Made by a program: the position numbers and the translations under genes
Notes under the pieces: generated by a model
Told to the model about the DNA's origin: nothing
The model's input: the letters and a program-made list of their open reading frames with translations, nothing else
Database searches by the model: none
Shown: piece after piece, positions 1 to 9,200 of the stretch
Layout: every line of letters begins with the position of its first letter
How positions within the stretch are numbered: the first letter of the stretch is position 1
Origin: Epithemia pelagica
Lineage: Eukaryota; Protista; Bacillariophyta
Reading direction: 5' to 3'
Assembly (NCBI GenBank): GCA_946965045.2
Contig: OX337230.1
Coordinates: forward strand, 248,001 to 312,000
DNA length: 64,000 bases

Positions 1-188
1 GAACGTCATTGAATGGCTCTATGTGCCGATGTCGAAGCACTCTTTATTCAACTCTCACCAGACGCTCTTGCCGAACGACCCATTTGTCAATTCTGCATGA
101 GAATGTGGTTCAGTTTCGCCAGCCGGAAGTGAATGAGAAGATATCATCTCTGAAGAAAACAGAAAAAAAACGTTCTTGAAAACATCAT

Positions 189-1306
189 CTACTCAGTTGC
201 AGGTGAGGTGTCCTCTTCACCAGCCTTGAGTGGGAAGCTAATCTTAGTATCTTCTACGATGAAAAAGGGACGTACGATGTCGCTGTCTTGATCCCGGGCA
301 TAAATCACCAAGGTTTTGGTAAGTCGTGGACCAACATCACCCAGGAGACGTGTGTACCACCAACGGTAGCGAATATGGGAAGCTCGACTGAGAATCAAGC
401 GTTCCCTTTTGTCCAGTGGATCAGCCCTACTGAAGCTCAAATGGCTACCATGTTTGATCAACATTCGAAGAATGTGTGTGACATTGTAGGCTGTCGGGTA
501 ATGCAAAATTCGTTCCTGCGTGTCCAAGAATGCCGATACCAACACCCAATTACTGGAGAAAGAGATGGATTCGGACCGATACGCAAATCTTGATAGCATG
601 GATTCCCAATCAGCAACATCTGGATAAAATGTACGCATACAGTATGACAACATAACACTGGAGGACCATGCCGACATGGACTGGCTGTGGTTATCGATCT
701 TGTTATGATTGAAACCCTGGAAAAACTCGTTCATGAGTAGTTGTACTTTGGGCAGTTCCTCGGGATGGTAGACCTTGTCTTGACATGTCTTGTTTTCGCC
801 TTGTGGGATGACCCAACGTGTGGGTCTGTCTTGTTCCGTATGATAGGTTGTGACCAATCTCATGACGAGTGACCCGAGGGCCATTTGCTGTTGTTGTCGA
901 TTCAGTACACGCAGTTTTTACGGCGTGAACGACCTACATGCTTGATCAAGTGTTGCTCACACAAGAGTTCTTGAACCGTATAAGTGGGACATAGCTTGGA
1001 GAGAGCCCGGCATGTCATGGCACATGCTCCCAAGTCGCGTACCGACAAAAGCGAACGGATACGGCTTTCGAACAAGTGACACCCAATTCCTTTCTCATCG
1101 TTGAAAAAGCCAACCGGAAATGTTGACGATAGAGACGATGGCAGCAAGGTAGATCTTCTCTTACTCTTGCGGTTTTTGCGTTTCCGTGTTTTCCCCTTAT
1201 TAGTTGCAGTTGAAACCGTCGAGGCAACAGTCAAGCGCTCTATCTGACGTAGGACAAGTTCATAGTTTTGCCGCCATGGCAAGTCATCAGGTTCATGGGA
1301 ATACAA
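189..1306 (-). pseudogene. F-box-like orphan family gene, copy 1 (one frameshift near 900-960, no in-frame ATG)
   Basis: ORFs 902-1306 and 189-884 together align by eye to the intact 19849-21075 protein (FPVGFFNDEKGIGCHLFESRIRSLLSVRDLGACAMTCRAL; YHPEELPKVQLLM; WWYTRLLGD..TKTLVI). Confidence 0.75.
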
Positions 1307-2826
1307 TCACTGTTCGAAAACGTTGGTTGAGGGACTCTCGGGAAATATCAGATATGAGATTGGTTTGATCATGCGACAGAATTTTGTGATGACTCATAAT
1401 TAACACTCATCCCACAGTCAAAGGGTTTTTACGAGTTTATGTGATTGGTCCATTTTTATGAATTTATGTGATTGGTCCATTTGCTGGCTCCCGGTGGTCT
1501 AAAGAAGCATTCATGGTTTGATAGCATAGTCTTCTTGTAAGAGGAATGCTCCTTTTCTCTGCATACTAGATGATGGTTCTACTCTGTGAAATGTAGAGTT
1601 GGCATCCTCCGATGATAGAGATGGAGAACGCTCCTGGTATCTACACAATGAAAGTAGTAGTGGTAACCTTCATTCGATCGAGAGAGCTTTTGGGGAATGA
1701 CAACCCGGACGTCAAATACACTCTTGCCAGAATACGAGGCTTGAAACTGGCGCGATGGGTCCAGATTACATTCGACGGGCTTCTGTGAACGAGAAGAATC
1801 CTTCTTTATACACATCAGTTAACATCCTCCGAAGATAGAGATGGAATCTAGACAGTATTCTTATGCCTCCAGCTCTTACTACCCAAGATAATGGATAATA
1901 GCTATCTATATAGAGAGCCACATTTTACTATCCGCGTCTAAGTACGAAGCCGGTCGCTCGCCTTTCCATGCACAGCAAAACACGAAGCGAAACGCCGGGC
2001 GGTACTAGGTAGTATCTACACGATAGAAGTAGCGGTAACCTTCATTCGATTGGATAGCTTCATTGGGATGACAACCAGGATATGAAATACATTCTTGCCA
2101 GAAAACTCTGTTGATGACAACTTTAAACCTTGTGATTGGTCAAGATTGCCGTCGACAGACTTTTGCGAAACAAGAATAATCCGGTTCTGTACACATAAAT
2201 TTGCTTCCTTCACGCCCATTTAGCTTGGGATGCATTTGGACATAAACGATTGAAAAAAGAAGAAGAAGGTAATAACCTTGCCGTTGAAATCTAGACAGCA
2301 TTCTTGTGCCACCAACTCTTAGGAGTACTAAGGTACCCACAAGATCAGGGGGATTATACCTAATATAGGAGTACATAGTTAATAAAATTTCCGCGACCGC
2401 GCGCCTTTGGCGCCGCCGAGCATCCAACAAAAAGTGGTGTTGCTGCGTTCATTCTTTCTTTCCTGGACTTGAAATCCTAAGATTCTGTCGGTTCAAAGTG
2501 TTCTTGATAGGCCCTGTTGTTGGATTGATATTCGTATCCTGAGCGACCGTGAAAAAACGACGACGACAAGCTCCAAATACATTGAGCGACATCAATAGGA
2601 TTTATACCAACAGTGCGCCATTGGATTCCTCGTCCACGAGATCAAACACACTCTCAACAAACCGAAACCGGCGTATCATTGTTGTGTCAGCCATCGAGAC
2701 GTGTTGTACATCTTCCAGTCTCCCAGACATTCGAGCCTCGCCACCTCCAGAAACTACCAGTGCTAGCCGTTGAGCTTCAGCTGTGCTGTTGCCATTGATC
2801 CAGTTACTCCTGTTATTATTATTACC

Positions 2827-3411
2827 ATGAATCCAGAACTTGCAGACGACAATGATTCGGAATTTGAGTCCATGCTGCCATCGAGAACAGCAGGAGGGGG
2901 AGGAGGAGACTTTGCTCCTCAACGGTCTACCAATCAATTTTCGGAACGATGTCTGGACAAGATTGTGGCATTTGCCTGGGTTTTCGTGGCTGTCTTGGTG
3001 GGCTATTGGACCCATGTTCCGACCGTCCTTTTGTATCCCTTCCGGTCGCTTCGCATTCCAAACGATGCAGTGTCCGAGGATACTCCTGGCCGTGTTCCAA
3101 TTGTGTGGTTGTTGCAACTTGTGGCTTGTTTGCTGGTCTTGAATCTGTTTCTCATCTTGTACTTGACAATCTACGTGCCTCGACGCATTCCCAAATCCAC
3201 TCTGGGTGGAATCCGAGATTGGATGACAGTGTGGTCCGTGTATTGTCCTCGTGTGGTCCCTCTGCTCACCGTTTCCAGTGTCGTGACGTTTTTCTTGACG
3301 GTACGGGCCACGTGGCCCGTGTGGGGCTTTTTGGCACACGCCATTCTCAGTTTGCAAGTGCTGGGCGTCGTCTTTGCCTTGCACTTTTGTCCGTGGCCCA
3401 TGGCGTCGTGA
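2827..3411 (+). CDS. TMEM128: TMEM128-like multi-pass membrane protein
   Basis: Four hydrophobic segments; C-terminal YCPRVVPLLT..RATWPVWGFLAHAILSLQVLGVV resembles the TMEM128 family; first ATG at 2827. Confidence 0.6.
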   Translation: MNPELADDNDSEFESMLPSRTAGGGGGDFAPQRSTNQFSERCLDKIVAFAWVFVAVLVGYWTHVPTVLLYPFRSLRIPNDAVSEDTPGRVPIVWLLQLVACLLVLNLFLILYLTIYVPRRIPKSTLGGIRDWMTVWSVYCPRVVPLLTVSSVVTFFLTVRATWPVWGFLAHAILSLQVLGVVFALHFCPWPMAS

Positions 3412-4308
3412 AGAAAAACAAACGACGGTTCCAATGTTGTGGAACCATACAACACCCAATCATCATCGTTTGTCGGATGGATCGCTGGGCTCGATTTGGA
3501 TCGATTCATCTTTTTTCCGTGTTCTTTACAAGACAATCCCAGTACCAACAATGTACTCCACCCATACGATTATACTTGGAAACCAATCCCCGTGGCACTC
3601 CATCTGGACGCACCATCATCAATGGACCAGTATTAGACCGAGAAGGAGGACGGTGGCAATCCTTATATTCGTACAAAAGTGCGCCCCGAATTGTCTACCG
3701 CTTGAGAAATACAGATACGTTTCTTTAAGAAAGAATAACAACGATTTTCCTCTTGCCGTCGTGGATGTTGGTCCTGAAACCACAGGAGAATTGTGTATTT
3801 GAAATAGAACGTACGGCTCCCGTAGTCATTGTTGTGGGAAATGGATGGAACCGATTTACCAGTTACGCGTTTGGGCATGGCTCTCGATATGGAATTACAG
3901 TTCCCTTTTTCATATATAGTGTTGGAGAGACACCAAGTCCGGCGAACGGTACCACCTTGCGGGGACGTTCCATCCATCCACCACAAACTCCATCCGAAGG
4001 ACACCCGCAACGATTTACCAAGAAACCCAACAGACCGAGGAGAAAGAGAGTTACGATCCTAGGTAGGTAGACCCTGCACAGAATTGTTCTTTTGCTTGCA
4101 GCATGATTCCTTCTATTATATATATATATTGCAATCGTCTCTTGTTCTCTTTTATTTTCTTGGTTCCATGCGCAGTTGTCGCCTTGTTGCGTCTATCGTA
4201 GGTACATGACCAAACAGCTTGGTTTGGATCATTGTCGAGTACACACGCAGTTTCGTCTTTTTACAACCCAGTATGGCAATGCTTTTTTGATTCGAATTAT
4301 TATTCTTC

Positions 4309-5946
4309 TTACGACGCCGTGGACACGGGTTGGGCGGCGAGAATGGTACCCGTCGTTTTGAGTGTAACGGCATAATGGACGTGTCCGGGATCGACGACGC
4401 GCCATTCGCAGGCGGTAATCCATTGAGCAATCAACATATGCAATTCCGTCAGGGCAAACAATTGACCTTTGCAATTGCGACGACCCAGGGAAAAACTCAT
4501 CCAGGCTTGTTTCATGGCCACCGTGGCCGTCGTCCAACGTTCCGGCAAAAAGGCGTCGGGTCGATCCGTGTACACGGCCGCATTGCGTTGAATGGAATAA
4601 AAGGGCATGAAACACAAACAGCCCAGAGGCAAGACATGACCTTGCGGCGTGGTCAAGGATCCATGGGTAAGGACGCGAATGGATCCACCGGCGGCGGCTG
4701 GATGCAAGCGCATGGATTCCTTGACCACGTGATGCAAATACGTGCAGTCTTTCCAAACGGCTGCACTGTTCTTGTTGTTGCTGTCGTCACGACAGCGCTG
4801 CAATTCGTGCCGCAATTTGGTTTGAATGTCGGGATGGCGGGCCAATTCCAGCATGGTCCACAGGGCGGTATAGCCGGACGTTTCAAAGCCCCCGGCCAAG
4901 TAGGCCACCAAATCAATGCATCGTTCGTCATCCGAGTCGTACCCTTCATCTTGCAAGACAAGCGATAAGAGACAATTGTCATTCACCTTGCTGCTGTTGT
5001 CCATCAATTGTTGTCGTTGTCGAAAGTCCTTCATCATGGTGCGGACTTGGTCTTGCAAGGCGCGCGTCGATTGCTGGGCCCGTCGTTTGTGGGCAAAGAG
5101 CCATGGCAGCCATTTGCGCAAGGGATTGCGTTGGGAATCGACAAAGACTTCTTGGTAGACCCACTTGATGGATTGGACACAAATTTGGAGATCGGACAGG
5201 GCCATGTCGGTATCAAAGGCCGTCTTGGTCATGATGCGAGCCATGAGCAATTGGAGTTGGTGCGAAATATCAATCAGAACCTCACCGCCGTTGTGGTCCT
5301 TATTGTTTTCCGAGTTGGTCGTCGTCGCCATCAAGCCGTGTTGTTGCATCCATTCGTCGAGACAGAGTTGCATGAGAGCATTGCCAGTTTGTTCCATGAA
5401 TTGGGGTCCCAAGGCGACGGAATGATTTTTGCGGGTATGTTTGTACCGGTCCCCTTCTTGGGTAAAAAAGTTGGGTCATCCAAAGGCGTCGGCAAACAAT
5501 GCGTAGGATTGGGACCATTTGAGCGACGCTGCATGTTCCAAGACTTGCCGGGCCACGACGGGATCGGCAATGGCCACCAAGATTTGGCCCGGTGGTGCCA
5601 AGGGCAATCGAACAATGGGACCCTTGTCGGTGCGCGAAATTTGCAACAAGTATTGGGGAAGTGTGGGCGAAAAGAATTGTTGCAAAACCTGCCCAAATCC
5701 CTCGTCGACCATGGGGGGCAATTGGGCCTCTTGTTCTCGTTTCCGAGCTAGTTTTTCGGACGACAGGGATTGCGACAAGGCACCAAACAACCCAATCGCC
5801 ACCAAGGCGGGCAACACAATGGTCAGAAATCCATTCCACGACGTGACTTCCTGGAGAGAGGTGGAGGAGGACGACGAAGACGAATTGTCATGGACCGAGA
5901 GTCCCAGAAAAGAGGATGACATGATGGACCACAAGAATAACGACAT
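4309..5946 (-). pseudogene. Cytochrome P450 with a single in-frame TGA at 5476-5478
   Basis: N-terminal TM anchor; reading continues in frame across the stop (ADAFG*PNFFTQEGDRYKHTRK); I-helix AGGFETS, ExxR (ESMR), PERW, heme motif FSLGRRNCKG. Confidence 0.85.
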
Positions 5947-6145
5947 GAAGATAAGGACGACGATCGGTTTCCAATGGGAAGGATGAGAGTGCTTTGCGAG
6001 CCTTTTGTGTGCTATACTATATTCCTCTCAAGACCTGAGCTTCTCCTCGTCCCAATGGCAACCTATAGTGGTGTAAAGCAGTCTGCGAGGACAGTTGTGG
6101 CGTCGTCCTTTCTCATCGTGGTTCAACCTTGCATGCCAAAAAAGC

Positions 6146-6165
6146 AAAAGAAAGTATGAGGCGAA
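6146..6165 (+). repeat. Target-site duplication, left copy (aaaagaaagtatgaggcgaa)
   Basis: Identical 20-mer at 13879-13898 on the other side of the retroelement. Confidence 0.92.
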
Positions 6166-6290
6166 AAAAAAAAAAATTACAGTCTATTTTAACGCTGCCG
6201 CACGTATCCGCTAGGATAACGCCGACCGACGCGCCGGGCCTCCGAGCTAACGAAGGCGAGGACTAACTGTAGAGCGAAACATGTAGCAAG

Positions 6291-9200
6291 TTAGGTGTGG
6301 TTGGCAGAGTGCAAGATGACAGGTCTCCAAGTATTGAGCCAGGAACGGAGAGCAACAGAAGTAGTATCGATGGAGAAGTGAGTATCAAGGGAATCGTAGA
6401 AAAGTGATTGATCACGGGGTAGAACGGTGTGGCGGATAGAATATAAGGCAGCAACTTCGCGTTGGGCCTGTGCATAGGCTGCGGTTTCACGGGAAGGAGA
6501 TGTAGAGCCATGGAGAGCTTCATTCCTGGTTTTCCATAGTTGATACATATGTACCCACATGAGCTTGATGGTACTAGTAACAAATCGTTGTCCAGAAATT
6601 GCTGATTCGGTAGTAGTTGAGGCGTAGGTGTCTTGTAGTGCGGACCATAGGAGTGCAAAACGGCCGAGAATTAGTTGATCTAGGCCAATGTTGAGTTGAG
6701 TGCGTTGAAGGGCGAAGTAAGGAGATGTTGTGGGTAGGGGAGATGGCTGAGTGGAAGAGAACCAGGAGTGGAGATACTCGGTGAGGAGAGTGCAGAGGGA
6801 CGGGTGAACGTGATGATCGTGCCAAAATTCTCGAAGATCATCAAGTAATGAGCCAAGCCAAGACCTGTTGGGACATCGAAGAAAATGGTCATGGTCTTCG
6901 TGTGTAGGTTGTGGACACGAGGGGCATTCGTCGCTGTAGTAGGTGGCATAACGTGCTTTCAGATGACCCAGGGGAAGCCATTGGTGAAGAAATTTAACCA
7001 CAAAATGACGCCTGGAAAAATTAGAGCGAACTGCAATACCGTGTGACTCCCAATCGATGGAATTGAACACATCAGAACTCCAATCGTGCTTGTTGCGTAG
7101 GTAATTGCGCAAGGTTGGTGCTGAGGCTAACGTACGGAGAATGGATCGGTAATTTGAATTTATCGTGCCAAAGGGGCCATGAAGAATAGCAGTTGCGCCC
7201 CCAATAAGAGGAGCTATCCGCGAGGAGATTGAAGGTGGATAAACGTACGACGATGCCAAATTGTCGGCTTCAACATTCAATTGGGCTGGTAGGGACAGAG
7301 TGGAGGGAGCAACATTATTATCTTGATGGCCTTTCACATGACAAAAAGACGGGACTTGTGGGAATTGTCTTACTGTAGAAGAAATAGACTGTTGGATGTC
7401 CCAGTCTGGGTTCATTGTTGAGTACGTGAAGTCATAGGACCACTCGAGACGTTTGTTGATAGTTTGAACCAGACTCTTGGAGTCTGTGTACACTGTGACC
7501 GAATCTGGTAAAGATTGCGAGTAAAATTCAAACAGGCGAAATAAGAATCGAAGTATGCTGAGGCAGCCATAACTTTCGGACCGAAAAGATGAAGTCCTAT
7601 AGCCAGGAGCAGGACCATTAAGACGAAAGAGACGAAGACCTTGAAGTGTACATCCGACACAGCCGAATGTGCCCCGGAATTGGGCCGCAGAGCCGTCGCT
7701 ACACAGGAGAAGTTGCAAATTGGTTTGAAACAGTTCGTGCTGTAGGGTATTGAGTGAGCAAAGAATTTCAAACCCGCGAAGAAGCTGTGATTCCCAATCC
7801 TCCAATTTCGAAATATGGCTAGACAAGTCGATTGCAGGCGCTTCTGGGGGTGTAATGGTTGCTGGTGACACTGGGAGAAGAGTACGTCGCCCATTCTGAT
7901 GCACGCTTTGAGCAGGAAGACAGGTCGAAGGAAGCATGTTGACGAGCGATGCGGTGGTGACAAAGTAAGGACGTTGGTATACGAAACGCTCAAACTGATC
8001 ATCAATCTGGACATAGAGGGAGTAGTTTGTTGGATCCAGGTATTCATTCCACTGACGGTAAGTATCAAGACCTGTGACCAGCCATGCCCCAAGCGGTCGG
8101 TGGAGACGTTTCAGAGATCCCGAAACAGTAAAGCTCAGCAAAAGTCTTTTCCATATCGTCCACGCTTTGCGGCTCGGATTAGTTTGATAGGGCAATAAGC
8201 CTTTTGCTCTAGAGTGCGTGTCCCGAGAACAGTCGATCGCGAACAAGGACAGGTATTTTCCATCGACAGTCACAATGTCACTCATGAGAGTGACGCCCAA
8301 GTAGAGTCTGCATGCATTGACCAAACATAACTCAGTATCGTTGAAGTCCAGTGAGATGGCGTGGTCCATAAGGAAACTGTCACCTTGACGCTGCAGGGGA
8401 GGAACAAAGGTTGTTGTCAACTCGACGGTACACTTGATAGACGCCAAAAAGGATCGTACTTGAGGTATCCAGACCATTGGTTCCATATGAGGTAAGCGTA
8501 TATCCACGTGCTGTAGAATAGGCTTGCTAATCCCTGCCAAGAACTGTCCCCACGACACTGCAATCAAAGCGAGTTCTGAAGCTACTCCTTGGGATCTCAC
8601 ACATGCAAGGAAGAGATAGATTTGACTGATGCTCTTTTCGACTGATAGGTCTCGTAATGCAAGGCCGCCATATTCAGTAGGACCATATACAACTGCATTG
8701 GGAGTATTGCGATTAAACCCGTATCTTGGTAAGAAGACTTGTTTGAAAGGACGTTGTAAGGATTGACAGTTCGAATCAGACAAGGTTGAAGACGGGAAGG
8801 GGTATGTCATACTTGGTAAGTAGATTGAATGGTAATACGCCCAAGAATCAGTGCGGGTGAATGGACTGTTGGCCATTGTCCGAATATGAGCTTTGTTTTT
8901 CTTATCTAGCGCTGCGTAGAGTTCGGAATCCGTGCATTTGGGTGACTTTTGAACACCAAGAGTTTTGTGGCATGCGTAGGAGGAGAGTTGTCTAAGTTTC
9001 TGAGGTTGGTCCGTTCCGTGCAGGTGAATTGTAACATCAGGTCCGCACTGGCCATGTTGTAAGTTGGGTAGACCATCAATACTGAACGTGTAATGCATAA
9101 AATGATATGTGCATTTCTCAAGGTTGAGGGCACCTCCAGAGAGACTAAGCGTATCGTTCCAACGTTGAGCATCATGTGTGGCCTTGGAAATATAGGTATC

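Noticed and set aside
5476-5478. In-frame TGA in the P450 read as selenocysteine or an intron
   Set aside because: Position corresponds to a Gly-like residue, not a catalytic Cys; no SECIS or GT-AG intron evident, and the frame continues without splicing
6177-6290. HDV-like ribozyme in the retroelement 3' UTR (tcctcgc resembles the HDV L3 loop)
   Set aside because: Could not build the nested double pseudoknot; such ribozymes normally sit at the 5' end
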